Below are positions 13,546 through 26,500 of a DNA stretch of 64,000 nucleotides, piece by piece (position 1 is the first letter of the stretch; each line of letters begins with the position of its first letter). The notes under the pieces were generated by a model that was given only the letters and a program-made list of their open reading frames with translations, searched no databases and had not been told where the DNA came from. Source of the stretch: Pecten maximus (lineage: Eukaryota); assembly GCF_902652985.1 (NCBI RefSeq), contig NC_047020.1, positions 12,958,001 to 13,022,000 on the forward strand. The letters are read 5' to 3'. The translations under genes were made by a program, and so were the position numbers.

Positions 13546-16011
13546 GTCTACTGGAGTTAACATATCGGTTTGACTCTAGTCTTCATTTGCCCTGACTAAT
13601 GTATAATATACCATTTTAATGTTTGTGTATTGCTTTTATTTGATCTGTAGACTTAATGAGGAGTTAGTGTATTTCTACTAAATTAAGGATTTAATGTGTA
13701 TCCACTATCCGATATATGTCAGTATTAGTTTACCATTTTGTCAATCAGCGATCATACAATCTTCCCATATGTAATGGTATCACACATACTCGTGTGTCTG
13801 TCTTCTTTAAACGTAGTTTCTCGTAAAAATGTACTTCTGTTGGCAATCTGGTGTTACAGCCTAACCTTGTAACGTTTAAACGCTCCCTGGTAACTTTGTA
13901 TTTCTATCATAGCATGTGGAAATCGACAATTTCAGATAGAAACAGGAATGGTGTGACTACAGACTGGCATCCCAAAGACCCATGTAAGACGACACTTCCT
14001 TCCATTCATAAAGTAAGGTCGAAGTTGTTTCCCAGACGTATACACACTCCCAATCCAGATAAGTTGTATGTGGATACGGTTATATCATCCCATATCAAAC
14101 TGCCAAGGCATTTTTGTCTGTCTTTACAGCACTGTTAGGTAGTTAAAACTTACTATCTTACCAACTCTATGTAGAATTCTAATATCTGCTGTATTTAATG
14201 GGCCTCATAAAACCCGTCAAAATGATGGATTTGGAAATTAATAAATTGTCTTTTTTTTCTCAGATGTATAGATACAATGAAATACGCATATACATGATGC
14301 AATATATTTATTTAAAAGCAAAAAAGAACCCTCAATGTTTGAATAATCAAGGGCTGGACCGGGTGATAAATTCATTTTATAACGGTTTTGTTGACTAGAT
14401 TAGTCTACATAGCCTACGGCTCGTAACTTTCGTACTTTATTTCTTTACTTCAATAAAATCCGAATTTTACCCATTATTAGGTTCCAATAATCTCTATGCA
14501 ATCTTTCTTACTATTATCAATGCTTCACCATCATGGCGCTAAAAGACATTTATTATAGTATGATGGAGATTTGCTAGAAACTTTTATGAATTAAAAACAA
14601 AAAAAATCCTGCCATAATATTCATATTTGTTCACAAACGTCAATTTTGTCAAGTAAGCCTTCTTATCAGCCTGAATGCTGGCGCCGACGTGCTGAGTGCC
14701 AGAATTAGCGGTAGTAGTGGTGATATTTTACTTGGAGAAAAATAGTGCTTCTTATCTTTCTATCATGAAAACTCCCTCCTACAACACTTATTAAGCTTAT
14801 CTTGATTACACATAACGACCAGTAGGGTATTTGGTGTCATGTTTAAATGAACAGTTACAAAGATATGACTCTTGTAAAATCTAACCCAAGTCCGCATGAA
14901 CAAAGATTAAGATAATTAAATCATACTTGGAGAACAAAGTAGTTTATTGAATTCGTGCATTCCATGACAATTTAAATGACATTTTAAGCATCAGTGGTGA
15001 AATTCGCCGTTTTGAAGATATCATATTGATATGTTAAGGTCATTCAATCGGTAACAAAATTCCATATTGAAGATATAATATAACTTGTATGATGCTTGTT
15101 CGGTTTGGGTTCAAAAGAATAAAATGAACATCAAAGAAATATCCATGACGTTATAGAGATAGCTTTTTATCACGTGACATAGTTGAGAGAAAGTTCATAG
15201 TAAGTGCGATATACCTACTGTAACTCCTGCCAAGCGAATTTTGTACGTAAATTTGGCGGACCTATCATTTCGCAAACACTTCTTATCGCGAGCACTTTTT
15301 TCGCGAACACTTCATTACTTGAGCATTTCTTTCGCGAACACATTAAACTCTTCTGTTATTATTGAACACATTAATATGTAAAGTGGCCTGTCTGAACTCA
15401 AATAAATTGACAAAGATGTAAAAAGTAGCAAAGAATTTTCCTTTTCGGAGAGGTCTTTTCGAGCAAACATGCAGGAATACATTTTATATGTCTAGACAAG
15501 TGATGTTTTTTAAATGAACAAAACTAATCACACACAATAATTAAATACAAAGACTTGTTCTGACAATAGTGAGGTTTTCAACACCGTTGCGGTTTGATTT
15601 TGATGTGGTGTATGATCACTATGACGTCATGTCAATGAAATGTACGTCTTTTTCTTATGACGTCTTATCAGCTCGGTGTTAAATGACTCCCCAGTGAATA
15701 AAACCTTTATATATTAATTTTGTAAAAAATACAGTAATATGTCACATGATTAACACAGCATCGCACAGCTATTTAGTCTCTCTAAGATTAGTCAGTGATG
15801 ATAAAGATCAAATGAATGGAATTACAAAGAATAAACTATGAAGGTAAAAAGTCACAATATAGAAGAGAAGTGTGCTATTTCTCCTAATTATCATAACGAT
15901 TTAGTTTCTTCTCAAGGTAATGTAAGTAAATATATAATACCTTTATGATACAGATGTATACAGGTGAAATAGTCAATAATAGAAAGGTACAGTATTTTCG
16001 AAATTATCATG

Positions 16012-16372
16012 TTATAATTTAATTTTGTATGAAACGCGCATTTTCATTGGCTGAAATAATTTTGTTATACCTCCATAACAAAATTTTTGACGTTGCGAAA
16101 TGTAACGTCATTTTTGATTGGCTGATGACGTTGCGTAATAATTTATCACAGAAAAGAGTTCGCCAAAGAAAGTGAAATATCTTGGTGTGTATAAGACGAA
16201 ATTAAATTATAAGAATTAACATTAATTATTTTTTCTGTTATACAGTCATAACATAAAAAAACTGGAGTGTACTCTCTTCATAAACCGCTTCGCGGTTTAT
16301 TTAGAGTACACTCCAGTTTTTTCTGTTATGACTGTATAACAGAAAAAATAATTGATGTTAATCCTTAAATAA
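16012..16372 (+). mobile_element. Non-autonomous DNA element with a long terminal hairpin (possibly Crypton-like)
   Basis: Inverted repeat of about 75 bp (16210-16288 / 16292-16367) around a TTC loop, plus a second IR pair (16012-16028 / 16196-16212). Same architecture as 59751-60227. The superfamily assignment is an inference. Confidence 0.65.
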
Positions 16373-16379
16373 CTCAAGG

Positions 16380-16935
16380 TAATACATGTTAACATGTAAC
16401 ACGTGTAAATATGTAATACAGGTAGATATGCAATACATGTAAATGTGTAATACATGTATGTATGTAATACATGTAAATATGTAACACATGTTAATATGTA
16501 ATACAGGTAGATATGTAATACATGTAAATATGTTATACAGGTAGATATGTAATACATGTAAATATGTAATACAGGTAGATATGTAATACAGGTAGATATG
16601 TAATACAGGTAAGTATGTAATACATGTAGATATGTAACACATGCAAATATGTAATACAGGTATGTGTGTAATACAGGAAAATATGTAACACACGTAAATA
16701 TGTAATACATGTTAATATGTAATACATGTAAATATGTATTACATGTAATCAATATGTTATACAGGTAAATTTTCTACAGAAAATTATGTAAAACAGGTGT
16801 ATATATATAATACATGTAAATATGAAATACAGGTAAATGTGTAATACAGGTAAATTTGTTACAAGAAGTTATGTAATACAGGTAAGTTTGTTATACAGAT
16901 GAGTGTACAGTACAGGAAAATAATTATGTAATACA
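16380..16935. repeat. 18-bp minisatellite
   Basis: ATATGTAATACA(G/T)GTA(G/A) units. Source of the Y/I/T/C-rich ORFs at 16297-16752. Confidence 0.92.
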
Positions 16936-17341
16936 GCTGTATAAACGCCATACAATTGATTTACACGTGCATGTCATGTTAGGATAGGTAATTGACGAAT
17001 AAGATTATTTCTTTGGGCGTAACTTCAATGTGTTAATAGTGTTAGTTTGATTTTGTTAGCCTGACCTACCATTCCTTAGAAACATTTGACATTTTATCTG
17101 CTCTGAAAATTGATATATGTTACCGATGAACTAATTTGGTATACAGACATATAAACATATTATAACGAAGTCGGTTACTTTTCACTGGTGTTAGTGAAGA
17201 CAGTTACATTACATAGTGTTAACAGCTGATCGTTATTTTACAGTGTATTGTGACCGTTGTCACATCGTGTGGGATGATTGTTATATAGGATTATTGTAGC
17301 TGTTCGTACATGATTTATACAGTATCAATATAAAGATATGT

Positions 17342-17889
17342 TGTAACTAGACAATAGTATTAGGCTTTTATACAGGTAGCTACACAATTCATTATTATAT
17401 CGGTTCGACTATAACTATAACTTATCAGTGAGTAAGTATGATTAAATACCTACATTTTGTATATGGATAAGATCGATTAACCCATTAGTAGGTCTATATA
17501 CTCTTTGATAACATATACTTATATTAGATTGATATATATATTTTTCAGTTATAACTTGTATCTTGAATTGGGACCGGATTCCATGTAGTTAGTATATAGA
17601 TAAGTTCTCCTGTGAGTATGAAGGAAGGGATATTGAGCTTACTGTATTGTAACTTATTTATTGGTTGGATTTATTCAATATAACATTTATAATTTGAAAA
17701 CACGCCATCGTTATTCATTTCTGGTCATTTTGAGTTTGTTAACTCTGACTGACGTGGACGCCCGGATTGTTAAACTGAGTTCGTTACTCTGACTGACATG
17801 GACGCCCGGTTGTCTAACTGGGTAGTCTGTGACTACTGATTCTCCATACTAGAGAAGAGGACCCAGCAGAGCGGCAGAAAAACGTTACA
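17342..17889. mobile_element. Probable solo LTR (548 bp)
   Basis: Starts TGTAAC and ends GTTACA (TG..CA, 6-bp IR). Flanks ATGT / ATAT fit a 4-bp TSD with one mismatch. Internal TATA-like and AATATA motifs, and an internal duplication of about 40 bp (17744-17822). Confidence 0.5.
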
Positions 17890-18559
17890 ATATTGACATG
17901 CCATAGTGTTGTTGTGAATTGGTATTTTGAATTGTTCCTCAGACTCTTAAGATTGTGTTTAATATTTTGAAAAATACTAATACATACTGACAATTTTACG
18001 CTGAATTTAATTGAAGCGTTGTTCAGTTTATCAACCTATTTACAACAATGTATTGGTCATCAAATCTTCTTTCTTGTAACACAATTGCTTTCATGAAATA
18101 AAAACTGAATTATAATTGATGAGACCTTCCCGAAAAAAGAAGACATATTTTATTTTTATCCATCCAGGATACCCAAGCAGATCAGGTGACTGAACATACA
18201 GAACGTTTGATGGTACAGAATTAGGTGTACTTTGTTTAGAACGATATTTACAGGAACGTGTATCCCTGAAGGATGCACCACCTTGTCTTTCAGGGGACAT
18301 ACCTAAAACATTTATCTTATTTGTTTACATCTTGAAGCATCATTGTGATCTTATTCAACACAATATATACCATGTTGTTTTAATAGTTCTGATATCATCT
18401 TCAGAGGCCCTCTTTTACCGCTCTCGTATGTAGTCATGTTTGCCATTTCATGTTGTTTTATATGGACCATTCCTATTCTTAATGATTCCTTCTTTATTAG
18501 AATGTGTTATGAACAAAATGTTAAAACCAGTAGGTCGTTATCATTGCTCTTAAAATTTT

Positions 18560-18802
18560 AAAACTTTATTTATTTTAATACCATTGCCATCTAACAATAA
18601 TGTATACCAAATAACATTAATCACTCTTGTTAGTCCGAATGGAAGATCGCGAGGGGTCTTACTGTGGGAGGACACCAGAGTACCCGGGGAAAACCCACGT
18701 GGTCGGGCAGGTGACCCCATACCTTTCCACGTCCCATCGGGGAATCAACCCCCGGCCGCCTAGGAGAACGCCAAGTGTGTTACCACTGTGCCACTCGATC
18801 AC
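18560..18802 (-). mobile_element. tRNA-derived V-domain SINE (second family)
   Basis: The minus strand reads GTGGCACAGTGG (A box), GGTTGATTCCCC (B-box-like), GTGGGTTTTCCCCGGGTACTCTGGTGTCCTCCCACAG (V core) and an AATAAATAAAG tail. Colinear with the copy at 13173-13400. Confidence 0.82.
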
Positions 18803-20164
18803 TGTATTTATAAGATGTAAACGAAAACAAATATGAAAATTATGTTTTGTATCATTAATTAATAAGTTCACTTGCTGACTGGTTTGTTATGTCTATCGAT
18901 ATATGATTATATATAGTAAGATGTGTCACCACACATCAGTATGTGTACATAGTTTACTTGTCAGATTTACTGATTTAATTCTTGTTTCAGCATTGATCAT
19001 AACGTTATATCAAATGTTCTTTGCTTTACAACAGGTGGCACCAGTTTCACAATTCATTTATCCATTTTATTAAGAATTCACAAATGGAATCGATGTTATC
19101 GTTATCATCTTCATCTGCTTTTGGGAAATATGCATTAATAGATTGCAATAAAATTGAAATAGAATTCGAAACTTAATTGAGAACAATAGCGGTTATTTTT
19201 GGTTAAATCTATTATTTTAGCGGAAAGTCTCAGAAAAAAGTTTCTGAAAATATCTGCATGTCTACTAAATGTAAACAAAGCAATAAAAACTTATAAAGTA
19301 TACGTACGTCCTCATGATAACATAGATTACATTGATACTGTATAAGGAAATCGTGTCATTGAGTACTAATTAAATCTGAAAACATCGTGATGAAAATGTC
19401 AAAAAATGTATTATATTTATGTGTGGCTCTTAGTTTAGCTACCATGTAGATATACCACCATGAACGCAGTGCTAATTACGCGCAGGTGGTGAGCGCCCAC
19501 GGATGGCACACCTGGACCCCAAGACCAGAAGAAAAGAAACATCCCTCCACGTCTGTTTAAACTCGTGGCACCTAGTGGCAGCACTTAAATTCGAAACGTA
19601 AGAAATCATTCCAAACAAACAGCGTTTAATTACTGAAAACAAAACCACCAATTAACAACTTTTATCACTGAAATAGAATTTTGTTAGTTTTGAATAATGC
19701 CATGCTTCAGTGATTGCAATATCTAAATTATTTTTTATCATAAAACGATTTAATTACGTTTCACGTTTTGAATTATTTTATGAAAACTTTTGGAAATTAT
19801 TCAATGTATTCCTGGAAAACACTGAGGATTATTGAAGTTTAATTTCTGTTAATACATGCCATTACCTAACAGCTGTCAAGAATATATCACCAATGTTAAA
19901 TGTTTTATTGATCAATATTCGTTATCAAATGCACTTAAAGATTTATGCAATAAAGACTAGCTCCCCATATTTTGGAAGCAGGTATTAGAGGTGAGAGATT
20001 CCTTTATTTCAGCCGTTAGAATGCGAAATACTATAACATTATTTACCATCAATGTTGTTTTGGCGTTGTTTCTTCTGGAATAATGGTATATGTCAATGCT
20101 GGCTACTACTTTGATAACTCCTCGGTTCCAGTTGATTTGTTGTTCCCTCGATTCCATTTTTGTT

Positions 20165-23100
20165 TTATTTCCTTGGCTCCTGTTGGTTTTGTGTATCCTC
20201 GGCTCCTGTTGGATCGATGTGTCCTCGGCTCCTGTTGGATTGATGTGTCCTCGGCTCCTGTTTGATTGATGTGTCCTCGGCTCCTGTTAGATTGATGTGT
20301 TCTCGGCTCCTGTTGGATTGATGTGTCCACGACTCCTGTTTGATTGATGTGTCCTCGGCTCCTGTTAGATTGATGTGTCCTCGGCTCCTGTTGGATTGAT
20401 GTGTCCACGGCTCCTGTTGGATTGATGTGTCCACGACTGCTGTTGGATTGATATGTCCTCAACTCCTGTTGGATTGATGTGTCCTCGCCTTCTGTTGGAT
20501 TGATGTGTCCTCGACTCCTGTTGGATTGATGTGTCCTCGCCATCTGTTGGATTGATGTGTCCTCGGCTCCTGTTGGATTGATGTGTCCTCGGCTCCTGTT
20601 GGATTGATGTGTCCGCGACTCCTGTTGGATTGATGTGTCCTCGGCCCCTGTTAGTTGATGTGTCCTCAACTCCTGTTGGATTGATGTGTCCTCGGCCCCT
20701 GTTGGATTGATGTGTCCTCGGCTCCTGTTGGATTGATGTGTCCTCGGCTCCTGTTGGATTGATGTGTCCTCGGCTCCTGTTAGTTGATGTGTCCTCAACT
20801 CCTGTTGGATTGATGTGTCCTCGGCCCCTGTTGGATTGATGTGTCCTCGGCCCCTGTTTGATTGATGTGTCCTCGGCCCCTGTTTGTTTAGTGTATCCTC
20901 GGCTCCTGTTAGTTGATGTGTCTACGGCTCCTGTTAGTTGATGTGTCCTTACTTCTTTTGTGTAATGTGTCTTCGACTACGGTAGTCCCTTGGATCCTGT
21001 TGGATTGGTGTGATCTTGACTCCTATTGGTTTGGTGTGTCCTCTATATTTCTGTTAGTTTGGTTTGGCGTTGTGTCCTATTGATTGTGTGTGTCCTTGTG
21101 TCCTGTTGATTCGGTGTGTCAATGGGTCCTGTTGGTTTTATGTATTCTTGGCTCCTGATGGTTTTGTGTGTCTTTAGCTCCTATAAGTTTGGTGTGCCCT
21201 TGTCTCCTGTGTGTCCGCTACTTGTGTTGATTTGGTGTATTATTGTGACGTGTGAGTTGAGTACGTCCCTTAATCCTGTTTTGCTCATCCTTGACTCCTG
21301 TTAGTTTTGCGCTTGGTGTATCTTCGATTACAGTCTTTTTTTATTCCTTGTTTCCTTTCGGTTAGTGTCTCCTTGGCTCCTGTTGGTTTTGTGCATCCTT
21401 TGCTCCTGTTGGTTTTGTGTATCCTTTGCTCCTGTTGGATTTGTGTGCCCTTGGCTCCAGTTGGTTTTTTGTGTCCTTGGCTCCTGTTGGTTTTGTTTGT
21501 CCTTGTCTCATGTTGGTTTTGTGTATCCTTGGCTCCTCTTGGTTTTGTGTGTCATTGTCTTCTGTTGGTTTTGTGTATCCTTGGCTCCTGTTAGCTTTGT
21601 GTATCCTTGGCTCCTGTTGGTTTTGTGTGTCATTGTCTCCTGTTGGTTTTGTGTATCCTTGGCTCCTGTTAGTTTTGTGTATCCTTTGCTCCTGTTGGTT
21701 TTGTGTATCCTTTGCTCCTGTTGGTTTTGTGTGTCATTGTCTCCTGTTGGTTTTGTGTATCCTTTGCTCCTGTTGGTTTTGTGTGTCCTTGTCTTCTGTT
21801 GGTTTTGTGTATCCTTTGCTCCTGTTGGTTTTGTGTGTCATTGTCTTCTGTTGGTTTTGTTTATCCTTGGCTCCTGTTGGTTTTGTGTATCCTTGTCTCC
21901 TGTTGGTTTTGTGTGTCCTTGGCTCCTGTTGGTTTTGTGTGTCCTTTGCAACTGTTAGTTTTGTGTATCCTAGGCTCCTGTTGGTTTTGTGTGCCCTTTG
22001 CAACTGTGAGTTTTGTGTATCCTTGTCTCCTGTTGGTTTTGTGTGTCCTTGGCTCCTGTTGGTTTTGTGTATCCTTTGCCCCTGTTGGTTTTGTGTGGCA
22101 TTGGCTCCTGTTGGTTTTGTGTATCATTGGCTTCTGTTGGTTTTGTGTGTCCCTGGCTTCTGTTGGTTTTGTGTATCCTTGGCTCCTGTTGGTTTTGTGT
22201 GTCCTTGTCTCCTGTTGGTTTTGTGTGTCCTTTGCAACTGTTAGTTTTGTGTATCCTAGGCTCCTGTTGGTTTTGTGTGCCCTTTGCAACTGTGAGTTTT
22301 GTGTATCCTTGTCTCCTGTTGGTTTTGTGTGTCCTTGGCTCCTGTTGGTTTTGTGTATCCTTTGCCCCTGTTGGTTTTGTGTGGCATTGGCTCCTGTTGG
22401 TTTGTGTATCATTGGCTTCTGTTGGTTTTGTGTGTCCCTGGCTTCTGTTGGTTTTGTGTATCCTTGGCTCCTGTTGGTTTTGTGTGTCATTGTCTCCTGT
22501 TGGTTTTGTGTATCCTTGTCTCCTGTTGGTTTTGTGTGTCCTTGGCTCCTGTTGGTTTTGTGTATCCTTTGCCCCTGTTGGTTTTGTGTGGCATTGGCTC
22601 CAGTTGGTTTTGTGTATCATTGGCTTCTGTTGGTTTTGTGTGTCCCTGGCTTCTGTTGGTTTTGTGTATCCTTGGCTCCTGTTGGTTTTGTGTGTCCTTG
22701 TCTCCTGTTGGTTTTGTGTATCCTTGTCTCCTGTTGGTTTTGTGTGTCCTTGGCTCCTGTTGGTTTTGTGTGTCCTTGGCTCCTGTTGGTTTTGGGTGTC
22801 CTTGGCTCCTGTTGGTTTTGTGTGTCCTTGGTTCCTGTTGGTTTTGTATGTCCTTGGCTCCTGTTGGTTTTGTGTGTCATTGGCTCCTGTTGGTTTTGTG
22901 TATCCTTGGCTCCTGTTGGTTTTGTGTGTCCTTGGCTCCTGTTGTTTTTTTGTGTCCTTGGCTCCTGTTGGTTTTGTGTGTCCTTGACTCCTGTTGGTTT
23001 TATGTGTCCTTGGCTCCTGTTGGTTTTGTGTGTCCTTGGCTCCTGTTGTTTTTTTGTGTCCTTGGCTCCTGTTGGTTTTGTGTGTCCTTGTCTTCTGTTG

Positions 23101-23545
23101 GTTTTGTGTATTCTTGGCTCCTGCTGGTTTTGTGTGTCATTGTCTTCTGTTGGTTTTGTGTGTCCTTGGCTTCTGTTGGTTTTGTGTGTCCTTGGCTCTT
23201 GTTGGTTTTGTGTATCCTTGGCTCCTATTGGTTTTGTGTATCCTTGGCTCCTGTTGGTTTTGTGTGTCCTTGGCTCCTGCTGGTTTTGTGTGTCCTTAGC
23301 TCCTGTTGGTTTTGTGTGTCATTGGCTCCTGTTGGTTTTATGTGTCCTTTGCCCCTGTTGTTTTTATGTGTCCTTTGCCCCTGTTGGTTTTATGTGTCCT
23401 TTGCCCCTGTTGGTTTTGTGTGTCCTTGGCTCCTGTTGGTTTTGTGTATTCTTGGCTTCTGTTGGTTTTGTGTATCCTTTGCTCCTGTTGGTTTTGTGTA
23501 TCCTTGGCTCCTGTTGGTTTTGTGTGTCCGCTGCTCCTGTTAATT
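20165..23545. repeat. 26-bp minisatellite of about 3.4 kb with two sub-arrays
   Basis: GTGTCCTCGGCTCCTGTTGGATTGAT (about 20165-20950) and GTGTCCTTGGCTCCTGTTGGTTTTGT (about 21370-23545), joined by degenerate units. Confidence 0.97.
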
Positions 23546-26500
23546 TGGTATGCCCTGGATTTCTGTTGCATGATTTGATGTTGCCTTCTTTCCTGGAATT
23601 GTCTCTGGTTCCTATTTTTTTCTGTTAAAGTCCTCGTTTCTCTATTGATTTGATGTGTCCTAGTTTCCTAGTTTTGATGTTTCACCAGTTACTGGTAGAT
23701 TGTTGCATTTGTTCTTTCTCTATGGTGTTACCACGCCTCATTTTGCTGGCCTTTCGTGTCGACTTTACCACTGGTTTGCACTAGCGAGCTAACGTTATCT
23801 TTGGCATAAAACATTTGTTCTTATTTAATATTACAGCTATCTTTACTATATTGCCGGGAAAGATTCGATAATGTTGGCATCGATTAATGCTCTATGTAGG
23901 TTTGAAACGTATGTGCATACGTCACTGTGTCAATTCATTATTTTAGTAAAAAGAATATTGCCGTTAATTATAGTCAAAAATAGCCAGTGAATAATACAAG
24001 CATATTCCGTAAGATCAAAATAGCCCGTTAATCAAAAGGAAAACGGGCTAATGGTAGCACTTACTACTTAATGCAAAAATATTTATGACTTTGACCCAAA
24101 ATGCAGAATTTATGGTCATGCACTTTCACAAAGAAACACGCACATGCATTGTCTCAGACTAAAACATGTACTAAAATCTTAATTAAAATCTAGTTCAACA
24201 GCACCTGTGCGTCAAGTATGCATGCCTTTCATAAAACATGTGCATGACTGCAGGTGTTAAAGCAAGGAGCTTGAGCATGCTTGACTTGGGACAAATAATA
24301 ATGTTCCAGTGCCATTTCAATTAATGGCATTGAAAAGCATCCTTAGGTACGAAAACAACGAACCGTAATAATGGCCAAAGTCGCTAAATCGAGGGTAACA
24401 TATAAATATATACTGTACACTTTCGAATGTACAATAAGTGTAGGACCATCTGTTCCGGAAAAAACAAACGTCTTATATCTATAAAAAGGAGATCATGGCA
24501 CCTTGTCGAAATATTTACTGACAAAACGCGACGATAAAATTATCTACCTTACTTGAGGGTTTTATCTCGTGTTGGATAATTATATCTATCTATATACATG
24601 ATTGCATGTTAACGTTATCTTATATTTACCTTTAATTATCAAATTGATATACAATATTCTAATATATAAGTTAGTGTTCCTTCGCTTGTGATAGTGAAAC
24701 TCAAAGATATTATATAATGGGTTATACGAAGAGTAAGATGTAATTAAATATTTAATTCCCTGTCCACGTCAGCATTGTAACCTTGTAGATACAATCAGTG
24801 CTCCAAACTGACGAGTGCACTTTAATTTTTACTCTGAATGTCCCACTCTTGTCTGTCGATCAACTCTTAGGAGGAGTAAACATCGAGCATTTCATCAACG
24901 ATCTCCTAAAAAACACTCATCCTGGGACAAAAACTAGAGAAAATTGGCTAAGCATGTCACCCTTATCTCGAACTCTTATGTGATAATGTCGAACCGCTGT
25001 GCTGCAAAATATTGTATAAATATGTCTATTAAAGTCACATTTTATTATTAGTTTATCTGAAATTTTCAACCGCTTGCCCGTTATCGCTGCCAAATATCTT
25101 AAGTATTTTACTAGAAATATCGTGGGCCATGGTGTGTTACGGTCTACGCTGGGTTTAGCTATATCTACGTAAGGATGGATGCATACGTAATAGTATCAAT
25201 GAAAACAATTAAGAAACCACCGAACTACGACAAAGTACTTCTGATTTTACAAGAAATGCTATTCTAACTATTGAAAAAATCATATTTTAATCCGTATAGC
25301 TGTTATATTTTAAAGTCTTTTTTTTTTGAAATGCATACAGTTCGTGCAATTTTTACTTGATTGATTCCACTTCAGAATTGAAAGGTTTATAGCTTCACAA
25401 AAACTCACTTTTCTTTATACCATGCCGAGATTAAAACTACTTTAATGACAAATAATGGTGCATCATCCTTCAAGCCGAGATTTGTCCCGAAGGATTCGTC
25501 TTCATAAACTAGTTTTGCAGCACTGTAAGTTTTTTTTTTTTTTTAATTTTATTTGGACAAAATGATATAATCTTAATGTTTTCCAATTCTGTTTAAGAGA
25601 TTGTTTTGTTCTATATTATTGATTAATATCTATGTTTGAAATAATATTTGTTTTATAACTTATTGCATTACTTAGCTAAATATGATTTTGATTTAATATT
25701 TATGTACATGGCACTATGACGTGACAAAATATTACATATAATGACTTAAGGTTTCAGTTTGCACTAAGAATATATTTTAAGAATTAATTTAATTAAATTG
25801 TTTTTTTTTTTTCATGGGTCTAAATCAATATTTTTGTTCCTATTTTACCCTGATGTTGTTGATTATCAGTTAGATTTAAGATTTCCTTATTATATCGGTA
25901 CTGAATTTGTCCGTCATATTATGTATGGTTTTCTTAATAAACATATAATATATACATATATAACCTCGTTTTTATTGATAACTGTTAATTATATATCAAT
26001 TACTAAATAGCATTCTATATTTCATTATACAATAAACAGCATCATTCATAGCATGTGTATATTAAATATCATTTTTCTTGATATATAAAGTAAATGAAAT
26101 TAAAAGATATTGTATTTTGATAATTAATTTTGTACACAGCATTGTCGAGTGTTATTTATTTTTTTAATGTGTGGGTTAATTTTGAAAGTTGCACTTTGAC
26201 CAGACATGGGTACGTCCTATACTGAACACACATGTCCTACAAAATACATCCCTTTTGTTTTATTCAGTGGATGATGTATTGCCAGACCCTGTGATAGACG
26301 GAGACTCCGTGTTTGATACTATATAATATTAGTGTACTTATTGGTGAGGAAATGCATTATAAATCAACTTTTTTGTGATAATTGTTATTTCTATTCAAAG
26401 AAACGTATACTAAACAGTTATAATAGTGCTAACTATCACAACAACGAGATTTAACTCTATAAAGAATTGTCCTTACGATATAGTTTGCTTTATAGAACAG

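Noticed and set aside
16415-16600. Multiple CAGGTAG (Zelda) motifs
   Set aside because: By-product of the 18-bp satellite, and Zelda is not expected in a mollusc.
20083-23628. Long Cys/Trp/Leu/Val-rich and Thr/Gln/Lys-rich ORFs (up to 641 aa)
   Set aside because: They are open in several frames on both strands with a 26-aa period, as expected from a stop-poor 26-bp satellite.
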